Assembly (NCBI GenBank): GCA_030390025.1
Contig: CM059432.1
Coordinates: forward strand, 130,450,001 to 130,514,000
Reading direction: 5' to 3'
DNA from: Squalus acanthias
Lineage: Eukaryota
DNA: 64,000 nt
Made by a program: the position numbers and the translations under genes
Notes under the pieces: model-generated
The model's database searches: none
The model's input: the letters and a program-made list of their open reading frames with translations, nothing else
Told to the model about the DNA's origin: nothing
In this document: piece by piece, positions 1 through 13,440 of the stretch
How positions within the stretch are numbered: the stretch's first letter is position 1
Layout of the letters: each line of letters begins with the position of its first letter

Positions 1-839
1 AAAATTGAGAGTACAATGAAGTTTGTTTCCCACTATTTAATTGGGAAGTACCTAAAATAATTCAACACTTTTTGTGATAAGAGCAGGGATTAATATTGTG
101 GAGAATGTTTGAGAGAAAAACCATTAGAAGCGAAATTTGTAAATTAACAGCTTTATGTCAACATTTCCAAGTCAATCTGATTCATCTTTCTTCCTGGACA
201 GGAGAACCAATGTTTATTTCTGTTAAATCATAGCTTTTCCTGCTTTTTATTTTTAATTCGGTGGCACAAATAGTGTATGTGTTTTCCTGCACTTGTGAAT
301 AAGTGCTGCATTTCTGACAAGTTACATGGTGGGTGTGTTGGTTCAAGACGACAACATTTATTAATGGAAGTGATTGAAGTTGGAAATACGGATACCCATT
401 TTTGTTCTATTCTTTTTAATCCTGTGAACTAAAGCACTTTATATTTGTTAGTTGTCTGGTTGCAGTGATTAATATTCTAATTACTTATGTGGGCGTACAG
501 CACATCAGTGCCATAGGAAATTCGCTGCTCCTGCTGCTTGTGCAGCCACTGCTATAGTGACATGAGGAATGGGCTAATACGTTGAAAACTTTAAAATTAA
601 TACAAATTGCACGAACAGATATGCCTCTTTCAGCTCACCTTCGGCTTTTGGATTGTTTGTCGATGCATAGACCGTGTAACTAAGTGACGTTTCTGAAGTG
701 TTAATGCATTATTAAGCAGTTCTTTTATATCCCAGTCATTTCTGACATGAATTTTATTAAATCGAGTTTGTACATGACGAGCTAAAAGCTTTTAATAAAT
801 TCTACCGTAAACAAACTTGCAGAATTGGCATGTAAATGA

Positions 840-1095
840 CAAATGAATTTCAATATAGTTAAATGTGAGGTGGTGCATTTTGGTAGGAGGAATAAGGAGG
901 CGACCTACTCCTTGGAAAATAAGAGTCCAAATGGAGTAGAGGTGCAAAGGGATCTAGGGGTATAGATTCACAAATCATTAAAAGTAGTAACGCAGGTTAA
1001 AAAAGCCATAAAAGTGCAAATAAAGCACTGGGGTTAATTTCTAGAGGAATAGAATTCAAAAGCAGAGAAGTTATGTTAAACTTGTATAGACCCTT
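840..1095 (+). mobile_element. CR1 LINE ORF2 fragment (degraded)
   Basis: Encodes 'KCEVVHFGRRN...QRDLGV...GIEFKSREVMLNLYR'-like sequence, homologous to the other CR1 copies in the window. Confidence 0.8.
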
Positions 1096-1177
1096 ATCCG
1101 ATTGTCTCATGATTTGAGACGATGGGGTGGCAATATGGCATTACTTTTTATATGCTTTTAAGTGGTTGCTGTCGTTG

Positions 1178-1205
1178 TTGTAAAAGTTGTTGTTGTTGTT
1201 GTTGT
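1178..1205. repeat. (GTT)n microsatellite
   Basis: gttgttgttgttgttgttgt run. Confidence 0.85.
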
Positions 1206-1305
1206 AAAATTTGCACACGGACGAAAAGGTCGCACTCAAAAGAGTTCGTGGCCCACTCAGTAAAAAAAAAAATTAGAGACAACATTGATCATAATATGAT
1301 AAAAT

Positions 1306-4300
1306 TTCACATTGAGTTTGAGAGTGAAATACTTCAGTTGGAAACAAGAGTCTTAAATTTAAATCAAGCCAATTACATAGGTATGAGGGGCGAGTTAGCT
1401 ACGGTAGATTGAGAAATTAGATTAAAAGGTGTGACGGTAGATAAGCAGTGAAAAACATTTAAAGAAATATTCCAAAATTCTCAACAAATATACATTCCAT
1501 TGAGAAATAAAAACTCCACGGGAAAAGTGATCCATCCATGGCTAACTAAAGAAATTAAGGATAGAATTAGATTAAAAGAAGAGGCTTATAATGTTGCGAA
1601 GAATACTAGTAAGCCTGAGGATTGGAAGAGCTTTGCAAACCAGCAAAGGATGACCAAAAAAATTGATAAAAAGGGAGAAAATAGAATGGGAGTAAACTAG
1701 CAAGAAATATAAAAACAGATTGTAAGAGCTTCTACAAGTATGTAAAAAGGAAGAGAGTAGCAAAAGTAAGCGCTGGTCCCTTAGAGGCTGAGACAGGTGA
1801 AATTATAATGGGGAATAAGGAAATAAGGTCTTTAAACAAATATTTTGTATCTGTCTTCACAGTAGAAGACACAAAAAGCATACCAAAAATAGTGGGGAAC
1901 CAAGGGGCTAATAAGAGAGAGGAACTTATATCAGTAGAAGAAAAAGTACTTGAGAAACTAATGGGACTAAAAGCCGACAAATCCCCTCGACCTGATGGCC
2001 TACATCCTAGGGTTCTAAAAGAGGTAGCTGCAGAGACAGTGGATGCATTAGTTGTGATCTTCCAAAATTCCCTAGATTCTAAAACGGTCCCAGTGGATTG
2101 GAAGGTTGCAAATGTAACCCCGCTATTCAAGAAAGGAGGGAGAGAGAAAACAGGGAACAACAGGCCAGTTAGCCTGACATCAGTCGTCAGGAAAATGCTG
2201 GAATCCATTATTAAGGAAACAGGGCACTTAGAAATTCATAATATGATTATGCAGAGTCAACATAGTCTTAATAAAAGGGAAATCGTGTTTAAGAAATTTA
2301 TTAGAGTTTTTTGAGGATGTAACTAGCAGGGTAGATAAAAGGGAACCAAGTGGATGTAGTATATTTGGATTTCCAAAAGGCATTCGATAAGGTGCCACAT
2401 AAAAGATTGCTACACAAGATAAGGGCTCATAGGGTTGCGGGTTATATATTAGCATGGATAGAGGATTGGTTAATGGACAGAACACAGAGAATAGGGATAA
2501 ACAAGTCATTTTCCGGTTGGCAGGCTGTAACTAGTGGGGTGCCGCAAGGATCAGTGCTTGGGTCTCAGCTATTTACAATCTCTATTAATGACTTAGATGA
2601 AGGGACCGAGTGCAATGTATCCAAGTTTGCTGACGATACAAAGCTAGTTGGAAAAGTAAGCTGTGAGGAGGACACAAAGAGCCTGCAAAGGTTAAGTGAG
2701 TGGGCAATAAGGTGGCAGATGGAGTATAATGTGAGGTTATTCACTTTGGTAAGAAGAATAGAAAAACAGAATATTTTTTAAATTGTGAGAAACTATTAAA
2801 TGTTGGTGTTCAGAGAGATTTAGATATCCTCGTACAGGAAACACAAAAAGTTAGCATGCAGGTACAGCAAGCAATTAGGAAGGCAAATGGCATGTTGGCC
2901 GTTATTGCAAAGGGGTTGGAATACAAGAGTAAGGAAGGCCCGTATTTTCCGATCCCTACAGGTGTGTACGCGCTGTGTACACACCCGTAGGGACCGCGCA
3001 AATGCCGGTTTCAGGCATGCGAAGCGCATGCGCTGAAAACCGGCATTTCTGATCTGTCAAGAATCCTCTTGACAGATCGGACGCCAGCACTGGAAAAGGG
3101 CCTCTGCGGGTGGAGAGTTCCGCTTTCTGCAGAACCTCCGCCCACTGAAATCACTTAAAAATCTTACGCCTGGTAAAAGCAGGTACAGCGTTAAGGCCTG
3201 CTTTTACCAGCATAAGAGTTTAAAAAAGTTTTTTAAAAAAATTCCCCACTCATTTATAATTTTAAAATACTTTTTTAAAAAGTTTATTTTTAGCCCCGTA
3301 AAAAACTAATTATTTTTTCAAAAAATTAAATTTTTGTTTAAAATATTTAATTTAATGTAATTTTAACTCATTTTAAAAACGTGATTGTTTTTTAAAAAAA
3401 TTATTTAATGTTTTAGTGTCTTTTTTAAGTGATCTCCATTCATACTTTTGACAGGTCTATCTGTCAAAAGTATGAAGGGAGATTCCTTTCTCCCATTGGC
3501 TCCCCATGGCCCACGTGATCCCAGGGACGCTTGCGAACCGCATGCGCCCCTGGTCTACCTGGGCCCTGTGCATTTTGTCGTGGAGAGACGCAGGATTGGA
3601 AATGGCCGGACCTCGGGAGCCCTCAGGTAAGGGCGTAGATTTTTTTCCCGACAAGAGGCATCCGCACGCAGGAATCCTATCAGAAATTACAGGCCAATGT
3701 CTTACTACAATTGTACAGGGCTTTGGTGAGCCCACATCTGGTTGTGCACAGTTTTGGTCTGCTTATCCGAGAAAGGACATACACACCTTAGAGGCGGTGC
3801 AACAAAGGTTCACTAGATCGATCCCTGGGATGACAGGGTTGCCCTATGAGGAGAGATTGAGTAGAATAGGCCTATACTCTCTGGAGTTTAGAAGAACGAG
3901 AGGTGATTTCATTGAAACATATAAGATTCTGAGGGGGAGTGACAGGGTAGTTGCTGAGAGGTTTCCCCTGGCTGGAGAGTCAAGAACTGGGGGACATAGT
4001 CTCAGGATAAGGGGTCGGCCATTTAAGACTGAGATGAGGAGGAATTTCTTCACTCACAGGATTGTGAATATTTGGAATTCTCTACCCCAAAGGGCTGTGG
4101 ATGCTGAGTCGTTGAGTATATGCAAGTGTCACAAGCCTGAGATCGATAGTTTTTTGGACTCTAGGGGAATCAAAGGATATGGGGATCGGGCGGGAAAGTG
4201 GAGTTGAGGTTGAAGATCAGCCATGATCTCATTCAATGGCGAAGCAGGCTCGAAGGGCCGTATGGCTTACTCCTGCTCCTAATTCTTATGTTTATGTTCT
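1306..4300 (+). mobile_element. 5'-truncated, frameshifted CR1 LINE (RT ORF2 to 3' tail), interrupted by a MITE at 2937-3695
   Basis: ORFs 1808-2781 carry RT motifs (YLDFQKAFDKVPH, GVPQGSVLG, FADD). The C-terminal part resumes after 3696, followed by the 3' UTR and a TTCTTATG-type tail at about 4283-4300. Confidence 0.93.
2937..3695. mobile_element. Non-autonomous TIR element (MITE, PIF/Harbinger-like ends) with multiple internal hairpins
   Basis: Imperfect 17-bp TIRs: GGCCCGTATTTTCCGAT and ATCAGAAATTACAGGCC. It splits the CR1 coding sequence between YKSKE and VLLQLY. Confidence 0.8.
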
Positions 4301-4301
4301 C

Positions 4302-4475
4302 ACCCAGTCTGGCTTATATGCGACTCCAGTCCCACACCAACATGGTTGACTCTTAACTGCCTTCTGATATAACTGAGAGCATGCTTGGCTACATCAAACC
4401 AGAGCACCTAGGAATGGACAATAAATGCCAACCTTGCCAGTGACCCTCACGTCCCGAGAATGAATTGGAAAAAAA
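4302..4475 (+). mobile_element. 3' fragment of a SINE/LINE sharing the tail of the LINE at 51-54 kb
   Basis: caataaatgcc..ccttgccagtgaccctcacgtcccgagaatgaat plus A-tail resembles 53895-53957. Confidence 0.6.
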
Positions 4476-4510
4476 TTGAAGGAAGGCAGAACTTCTCGAA
4501 TCTTTCTAAA

Positions 4511-4760
4511 CAACAACAACAAGTATTTATATAGCGCCTTTAACGTAGTAAAATGTCTCAAGGTGCTTCATAGGAGCATTATCAAACAAAATTTAACACC
4601 GAGCCACATAAGGAGATGTTAGCACAGAAAGAAGTAGATTTCAAGGAGTGTCTTAAAGGAGGAAAGAGAGGTAGAGAGGCGGAGAGGTTTAGGGAGGGAA
4701 TTCCAGAACTTAGGGCCTTGGCAGCTGAAGGAAGGCCACCAAAGGTTGAGCGATTAAAAG
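4511..4760 (-). mobile_element. L2 LINE 3' end
   Basis: caacaacaac..tttatatagcgcctttaacgtagtaaaa is the reverse complement of the L2 tail at 33700-33730. Same family as 49422-49850. Confidence 0.8.
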
Positions 4761-5090
4761 TGATTAAAGTGGACAAATCAAGCACTCTTATTAAGGAGCA
4801 GCGCTCATAGGAAGCACTAATCAAGAAATTTAAATGAATGGAAATTCACAGGCTGCAGACCTATGATTTGCTGGCCAGCACGTCCTGTCAGCACTTGTTC
4901 AAGAAATTAGGCCAAAGATACATTGCTGAATGTGAGTTTTAAATTTATGTCTAAGCATACAATGCAAAGCAACTGGAGGCTGGTAGTTAGGTAGTTTCTA
5001 ACGACCCCAAGGGGTTTGATTTTAGGGAAAAGGGAGGAGGAACTTGGGTATATTACACAAAACGACAGACGGTTCTGTGGGGTGGAGGGT

Positions 5091-5172
5091 GAGAGAGAGA
5101 GAGAAAAAAAAAGAGAGAGACGGACACACACAGACAGAGAGAGAGGCAGAGAGAGAGAGAGAGAGAGAGAGA
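5091..5172. repeat. (GA)n/(CA)n compound microsatellite
   Basis: Direct observation. Confidence 0.9.
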
Positions 5173-6522
5173 AAGTAACAGCACAAGGCAAAATGCTGTT
5201 GAAGTTGCTGACTTGTATTCTTGAGTGTGCAACAAAAAAAACAGCTGGACTTCTGAATGATTTCAACAAACCTAAAACTAAATCTCATTTACTTCAACAT
5301 TTACATGGTTCTATGTCCTACACATTTCAAGGGTGTAAACTCTTACATAAAGGTCAATGGCCCCAATCTCCAATTAAGTTATCAGTCATACTTTCTTGAA
5401 TCAGAAAATCTCCTCTTGATTTGCAAATGGTGTTCCACTATCTATAATCACTATAACAGGAATGTACTGGGAACAAACTAGGAGCTGCAAATTTCATTCT
5501 TCAAAGTACAGAACCGTAAGTACATTATGGCTGTCACTGAGTAATCTGTTTTCTACATTCTGTGCTAGTTGTGAATATGATTCACTTTGCAATCAAAGAC
5601 TGAATGCACATGGGCGCTTTTAACTAATCTGGTTACAAAGGAGGATTTAAAAGAACTAAATGTAATATAGAGTTCCTAGAAAAAAAATCTATAGCCCAGT
5701 AAACAGAAAGCCTACCAAATTATTCAACGTGTACAACTACAGAATCACTTGAAGCGAATGACTCATACTGAGTCACACTGCCTTTTTTTGGCATTTATAT
5801 CGCTTTCAGGGATCCAAGTTAATATTCAACTCACTGTAAATTCAGCAATTTGTGAAAACACTGGTTTCCATGACACTTTCTAAAGTTTAAGCAGGCTGTT
5901 TACACTAAACACCTGCAGCAATAAGGCCGGTTTTACTTCGTGCAACATTCTTATTCAGCAGTGGACAGATGCCAGAGCAACTCAAGGTCAATGGCTACCA
6001 AAATTGTCACCTTGCCGACACATCATGGAAAAATATATCAAACCACTCCAAGGTACATAGTGACTCTTGAGCAACCAATAGTAATAACCAGAATTTATTA
6101 CAGGTTTTACATTCCCGTGTCACCCAGAACCCAAGAGGTCAACATGTGGGTTGCAACAAGACCACAGTTGTTGGCACAGCATAAGTAAAATGTAGAACAA
6201 ACAGATTTTGACAACCGCGTTGGAAGGAGGTACTTTTGAACAAGAAATATGAGAGTGGGCAATGTGGCCCTGGTGCAGTGGTGCCAGTGCCGGGTGCTCT
6301 TCAGGCACTGAATGCACATATGCTGCTCTCCAAGCGCTACTGACACCACACAATCGGCTCCATGCACTGTATGTCAGTACCACCAAATATTTATTACAAT
6401 TTATTACTTCATACTATAATGGGAGGTCAGTTCATTATAATATTCAGGACACAGCACATAAAACTCTGGGAGTGCCATGGGGTAGACTATCCAATATCAG
6501 CAACTCTGAAGGGGCTGCTGGT

Positions 6523-6832
6523 CACACAGAATCCCCACAGTGCAGATAGAGGCCATTTCGGCCCATCGAGCCTGCACCGACACATATCCCACCCTATCCC
6601 CGTAACCCCACATATTTAATCCCCCTAACACTAAGGGTCAATTTATCATAGCCAAATCAACCTAATCCGCACATCTTTGGACTGTGGGAGGAAACCGGAG
6701 CACCCGCAGGAAACCCACACAGACACGGGGAGAATGTGCAAACTCCACACAGACAGTCACCCGAGGCCGGATTCGAACCCGGGTCCCTGGCGCTGTGAGG
6801 CAACAGTGCTAACCACTATGCCATCGTGTCGT
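6523..6832 (-). mobile_element. HE1-type V-SINE (tRNA-derived head)
   Basis: Reverse complement of the copy at 12593. Has A/B boxes (TGGCATAGTGG, GGTTCGAATCC) and the V-domain 'gtgtggagtttgcacattctccccgtgtctg'. Confidence 0.88.
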
Positions 6833-7327
6833 CAATAACAATAACGTAAAATAACAATGAAGACACAGGACACAACAATCCAACTTCTAAAATAGGAGTT
6901 GTGACTTGTTGGGAATGCAATACTGTGTTATTAACACTAGAATTCTCAAATGTGCTTTGCAAGTTGATGCATTATGATATCTAGTGTTTATACTGGTACT
7001 GTATAAACATCCCCGTTTTTATGGAAAATATATATGTGAATCAGAGTTCCTCCTTCATTTTCTAGTAACCACTGTGGCATTGGTGGAAACCTAGGACCAA
7101 AACATCTGAGAAATGGTGAATGGTGTAGAGAGATAGAAAGATGAGAGAAAGTCAAAATACCTAGAGAAAAATTCTGAAGCTTGCCAAAAATCTCAAAATT
7201 TAAACATTACTATTCCACAATCTGACTCCTTTTGACTTTAAAAAAAAGTATATATTGACTGCTTTAATTGCCAGCCTTCATAGCATTTTGTTGCAAAATG
7301 TGGCCCGCTGTATTGGTACATGCTGCA

Positions 7328-7456
7328 AACAATGCAATTATTACACAGAACACAAGCACAATACTGTGGTTATTACAGCATTATGCTAAGGCAACAATGC
7401 AATTATTACACAGAACACAAGCACAATACTGTGGTTATTACAGCATTATGCTAAGG
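7328..7456. repeat. Perfect tandem duplication, 64 bp x2 (period 65)
   Basis: aacaatgcaattattacacag...cattatgctaagg at 7328-7391 and 7393-7456. Confidence 0.95.
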
Positions 7457-7590
7457 AAAGGCCGAACATAATTGTCCATGAAGTGCATTCATCTTGGACA
7501 TCTGTAGTCCTTCGCAGTTCACTCCAGAGTGTCACTGAATTAAAGCTGGAGAAGGATGTTTTACACGTCAGGTGGGGGAAGAAAGACATT

Positions 7591-7850
7591 GGCCCGGATT
7601 TTGCAGTCAGCAGCGAAGTGACGGTGCTCGCTGCGGACTTCAAAGTAAGCTGCCCACAAAGATCTAGCGATCTCTGTGGTTTCGATTTCGCCTTTCCCCA
7701 CGTTAATTTGATTCTGGCACCAAGTCTAGGGGATCACCAGAGATGTCATCAACAGTGATGTCATCAAGCAGGCCAAGCAGCCAATCACACTGAAGAATTC
7801 TCAGACAGCAAACCAGGAAGTAAAATGTACTGATTATCCTTCACTTTTTA
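7591..7850. mobile_element. Probable partial MITE (GGCCCGGATTTT end)
   Basis: Start resembles the TIR at 2937. No partner TIR was found. Confidence 0.4.
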
Positions 7851-10256
7851 ATATATACTTATTTCTGCAATACTCTGGTTAATGTAAGGCTTGTTTGGAC
7901 GTAGATCTTTGAAAGGTTCACACAACAAAAGCAATGCAACTGTTAAATACCAAGGGTTATTAAAAAAAAATAATCAGTTGCCCATAGCATTTCTCACAGG
8001 GAGTCGAGACCAAGTTTAATCTTCAGATGAAGAAGAATTGAAGGGCAAGGGATAAATTGGACCAAAGTGTGTAGACATAATTCAGTCCCCAGCTTAAAGT
8101 CAAATATTCTGTACTTGTTTTTATATATTTTGTTTTTACATTATTTATTACGAAGTACTAAATCTGGGAATTTGGGAAGTAGAAGTAGAGTTGATTGGAG
8201 CAAAGGCGTTTTTCTTTGCAGTAACAACAGGAAGTAAGATTTTGTAAACAGGAAGTGAACCCAGATTCAAGATGTTTAATATATTAATAGATACATTTCT
8301 GAGACTCATGGTCTAATGTTAACTTTTTTGGCCACATGCTAGCAGGATAGCAGTATTCATGATTCACTTGCCTAAATAAAATTTTAGGTTGCACACAGTT
8401 CACGTCAATTTTAAATTAAACATTAATAAAATGAATAGCCCAGTTACATTAGTTTTCACACATGGTCTTCACCTCACAGTGACAATTAAAACTGCAGGAT
8501 AACTGAGGAATGAAGTATTAAATCGATGACCCATTGCATTTTGATAAGCACCTCGATGAGGTAGTCTCGCATCACTTTGCTTTTGTCACATCTGCAGTAT
8601 GTCTGCAACTGGTATGATACAAATTCAAAAGTTCATTTTTTAAATGTTTTACTGTTAGTAAAAAGCTATCAGGACAGTCAGCCTTTGTTTAACACTAAAA
8701 ATGTAAGCAGCATTTGGATGTTGTTAAATGAGGTTCTGCATTTGTGCACTGGCACATATGCATCGCTCTGCGTGGCGCAGTAAAGAGCAGCACTGTTGAT
8801 CCTGCATCACTCTAAGCAGGTACCAGTCTCAAAATGGCACCTGCAGTACTATATCACTACCAATGAAGAAAATTGCAAGTGAAATCTTGATGCATTTCCA
8901 AGTTAACTTTAGTGGCACACTCTTATTTTACTCAGTATGCAAAACCAAATCATAAGTCATGACAGATGGCAAAGATGTATAATAAAGGATAATGGTTTCC
9001 TATAGAAATGGCATGGTATTTAAGAAAATAATACTGTTTCAAGCTAGCGGACAACTCTTTATATAAAGCTTTTCCTGAATAAGCAGTTATATATGAAATT
9101 ATTTTTAGCTAAAACAAATATGTAATTAAAAAAAAAAAATCATAGGACTGCATGATCCCAATACACATGTGGTAAGTACAAAGTTATGTACATGGCCTGT
9201 TCTATTATGAGTTACCAGTCGTACTGCACTCAAGAGGTGCCATGCAGGGACCAGATGCTTTGCCACTGAGAGCGATGAAAGAATAAAAAAGATAAAGAAA
9301 ATAAGATAAAGAAAGAACCTGCATTTATACAGCACCTTTCACATCATCAGGGCATCCCAAAACACTTCACAGTCAATGAATTACTTTTGAAGTGTAGCCA
9401 CGGCTGTGATGGAGCCGAAGAAAAATGAGACAGACAGTCATCCCAAGTCAGTCAAGTACCTCTTAGTACCTGTCATACAACTACACAATGATTGCAAATA
9501 AAGTCTAAAACTGAAGTAGGCCATTAACAAGTGCGCTGCTGTTACTTTTACAAGTTTCTGCATGAGTGTTAGCAGGTTTTTGTTTTAAATTATAGAGCAT
9601 TATGTACAAAACATTCCAGAGCTTGCTCATGTACATTTAAGGTATACAGGTACAGCAAATGCATGATAAAAACTCATTAAAAATAATTAAGACTCAGTGG
9701 GGAAAAAATGACAGCACATCTCTGAATACTTGCATTATTTTACAAAGTGCTATACAGTCTGTTCAAAAGCCCTTGTTTATAGTAATTGCATTTTGATGCA
9801 AGACTTTTTTTTAAAACTCAGCAGACACGACTAAATCAAAGGATCCAGGTTCTGTAAGTTTCCTAGTTACTGCAAAACATTTTTGAAGTCAAAGAAGAGT
9901 TCACAATATGTTGCTATAGCAAATAGTTAAACTTGCATTTATATTGTGCCTTTAATGTTCCAAAGTGCTTCAGAATGGGTGAGGGGTGGGGGGTGGGGGC
10001 GGTCAACATCTTCCCACCACAGGGAGTTTGAGCTTAACATTTGGACTCCCTCAGATTGTCTCCTCCGTTTACGACCAGGACATGTTTTCCCAAATCTTTG
10101 CCAGGTTTATGTAACCTGAATTCCCTCTGCACCCATTCACATCTGCATGTTGGCTGCCACTCCTCGCCCTCTTGGGCCTTACTCTTCTATCTCCTCCCCA
10201 CCCTGTCGTTCAGTCATGTCACCTTTCATTTTTCCTCTCGGGTATTTGCCTCCTGC

Positions 10257-11680
10257 CAACCCTGGAACTCCCTCCCTAAACCTCTCTCTCCTCCATTAAC
10301 ACACCTCTTTAACTAAGCTATTAGTCACCCCTCCCATTTTTAGCTCATTACATTTCTGTGAAGCGCTTTGGGATAGTTTTCTCTATTAAGTGCAAGTTGA
10401 AAGATACTAAGCAGTAGGAAAAGAACCAAGGAAGGTAACCAAAGGCAGGGTTAAAGAGATAGGTATTTGTGGGGAGAAAAGGAGCAAAGTAGAGGGATTT
10501 AGGGAAAGAGTTCAAAATCGTTAGGCCCTGCCACCAATGGTGGTGTGGAGTGAGGAGAGTATGTACAAGCAGCCCACAGTCAAGAGAGCAGAGGGTACAA
10601 GCTGGATCATAGATCTGAAGAAAGTGGCAGAGGCAGAATGGTGTGATCACAAGATAATTATGGATGAGGAAGGTCATTCAGCCCATCCATCCAGAAACCC
10701 TTTAGTCCCCCCATTTGGAGCATCACATTATTTCTTAAGTAATTCCATGGTCTTCTTATCAACTACTATATCCCAAAGTCTATTCCATGTTGCTACTGAT
10801 TCAGGTCTGCCTTAGATACCGTCTTGGGATCAGTGGCATCAGTCACTCCTTTCAGTAATCTGAGTGTCTTGCTTTTGAGAGCCTTATATATACTTGTATA
10901 ATAGCAGGACCCAAGGGTGTAACAATGGCACCCTCTTGTGACCTGAACTGGATATCAATGTCTTTTTCATGTGTGTTCTTCACTCTCTCAGGACCAAGCA
11001 AACACTTGGAGAGGAAGCTTGGTATGAAATGTTAAGCTGGTTTATTTCTAATTGTGGACATAGAGCAACCCTGCCTTTTGGCCACCTCCCTCAATTCTTT
11101 GCCAACTACTCGGTATATGTTTTCTTCCTCTCCTCTACAAAGCACCTTGGGATTTTAAAAGACACCATATAAAACCAAGTTGTTGCTGCTATCTCAACAA
11201 AGGTAGTAGGCGAACAGGATTTGGCACTGGATCAGTTGTGAGCAGCAGAGCTTTGAACAAACTGAAGTTTATATGGGCTGGAGCTTTACAGGCCAGGAGG
11301 TGACAAAGGCATGGATAAGGATTTCACCAGAAATGGGGGCTAGGTAAAAGCAGAGGTGGACAATATTGCAAAAGTAAAAATAGGTAATCTTGGTCATAGA
11401 ATGAATATGGGATTTGAATCACAGCATCAAAAAGGACACTGAGGCTGCACATCTTCAGGTTCATCCTGAGCAAACACCCATTGACAGGGATGGATTTGGG
11501 GATTAGGGTGTGGTGCTTTTTGTTAGGAGCTGAACAGGATGACTTATAAAAACTTAAGTTAGAGAACGCCACAGTAGTGTTCATGGAATCGAGGATGGTG
11601 GAGAGAAGTAGAGCTAGGTACAGCCAGCATTCTTTTGGAAGTTGACATCATGCTAATAGATAACTTTGCGAAGAGGTGGC
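10257..11680. mobile_element. Cluster of old L2 fragments on both strands
   Basis: ctggaactccctccctaaacctct...aagcgctttggga tail on +. On -, aaaggcatggataaggatttc... matches the reverse complement of the L2 at 33100-33700. Confidence 0.55.
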
Positions 11681-12592
11681 ATTAAGACAGCAACGAACCA
11701 TTCTGTAACACATCGTCCTTACAAGATACTTTCTGACAGGGTTTCAAAGTCAGTGTTAAGGAGAGTCCTTATAGAATAATGATCAGCAATGCTTAGTTGG
11801 TTATGTTTCACACTAGAACTGTAGTTGCCCTACATAAAAGAGGGCACATGGAACATTTTGGCAAGATGTCTATTGTATGTCGAGACGCGCACACACTGCT
11901 TCTTACTCCAAAATTCCCCAAAATGTAAACCCTCGAGGAATTTCCACAATCAAAACAGTACCAAAGGCAATGACTTCAAAGTGGCATTCAGAGGCTACAA
12001 CATGTCCTTGAGAACTTCAGAGGAAGAGAAAAAATAATTATAAATAATATTACAAAGAAAATATTGTGGCTTTGGTCTGCTACACTTTGAAATTATAAAC
12101 CAAAAAGTAGAACAATCTGTGAAAATGAAACTGCAAAGTAAATCTGCTGCTTCCGAGACACTTTGATCGTCTGCCCACTGAAACCGTGAATTAAAAAGAA
12201 TTTCACAATTTGTTCCTTTCAAGTAAAGTTCACTAATTATATTAACTCCAGGAAAACAAATGTTCAAAATGTTAGAAAAAGTTATTTAAAATGAAAATTC
12301 CACTACTATAAATTGATAGCCTGCATTAACTACAATAAACCATATGCGCTAACCAAAATCAGTGAAACTTAGACATTGTATCATATTTATGTCAGCACCA
12401 TTAATAGCCTGCGCTTATAATAAACTTTTCTGTCCATCACAACGTTGAGTTTGTTCAGTCACTGCCCCGCCAGTCAATTTTCTGTTTCCTCAGTATTTAA
12501 ATACGTGTTTTTTCTTCCTAATTGGCTATTTTCTACTTTATGTTTACATTATTCACCAAACCCTTTCTCTCCAATTACATTCTACCAAACAT

Positions 12593-12903
12593 GGGGGCAA
12601 CACGGTGGCATAGTGGTTAGCACTGTTGCCTCACAGCGCCAGGGACCCGGGTTCGAATCCGGCCTCGGGTGACTGTCTGTGTGGAGTTTGCACATTCTCC
12701 CCGTGTCTGCGTGGGTTTCCTCCGGGTGCTCCGGTTTCCTCCCACAGTCCAAAGATGTGTGGGTTAGGTTGATTTGGCTATGATAAATTGACCCTTAGTG
12801 TTAGGGGGATTAAATACGTGGGGTGGGTGGGATGAGTGTCGGTGCAGGCTCGATGGGCTGAAATGGCCTCTATCTGCACTGTGGGGATTCTGTGATTCTG
12901 TGA
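12593..12903 (+). mobile_element. HE1-type V-SINE, full length
   Basis: tRNA-like head with A/B boxes, V-domain, and a CR1-derived tail ending in gattctgtgattctgtga. Confidence 0.9.
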
Positions 12904-13189
12904 AACAAATTCTTCAAAATACAGCTGTCATGACAGTTCATATACCCTTAAAAAATAAAACCACATAACAGACAGAAGAAATTCCTCCCCTCCCCGCCCC
13001 ACCCCACCCAACAAACTTACCCATAAGCAAGGCACCAAAAACCTCCCCCTTTACCCCCAATGTAGTGACCTCTTCCAGGAGGTAGGTGGGGGATGGAATT
13101 CAGATACTCACTCACTCAGCACTAACTACGTAGAGCACTGCTCAGCTATTTGAAGATCCGGTTCTGGTTTCACAGATTTCAAAATCAGT

Positions 13190-13440
13190 TGGGATAGCTC
13201 AAAATGCCTTGAAACAGTGAGCACATGCCACTGCCTTTTACAGATCTGGAATTTGTGCTCTATCCCTCTGGCTATACATCACCAGTTAGTTTTCCTTACT
13301 GCTGCCATGCATTGTACTTTTGGTTTCAGTGATCTATCCACCAATATCCCCCAGATGCCACAAGCCATTACTATCTCTTCATAATCATCAATCTTGGATT
13401 TGTTGGTGCAATGCTCAGCAACAGATTTCATCATACAGGC
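13190..13440 (-). mobile_element. Highly degraded CR1 fragment
   Basis: Minus-strand ORF 'LVDRSLKPKVQCMAAVRK' resembles the CR1 ORF2 C-terminal region. Confidence 0.5.

Noticed and set aside
1122..1412. Cys-rich 96-aa ORF
   Set aside because: The Cys run comes from a (GTT)n microsatellite and the end runs into CR1 sequence.
12593..12670. tRNA-like sequences (also at 16411, 41340, 51907, 6760)
   Set aside because: They are SINE heads continuing into SINE bodies, with no complete cloverleaf.
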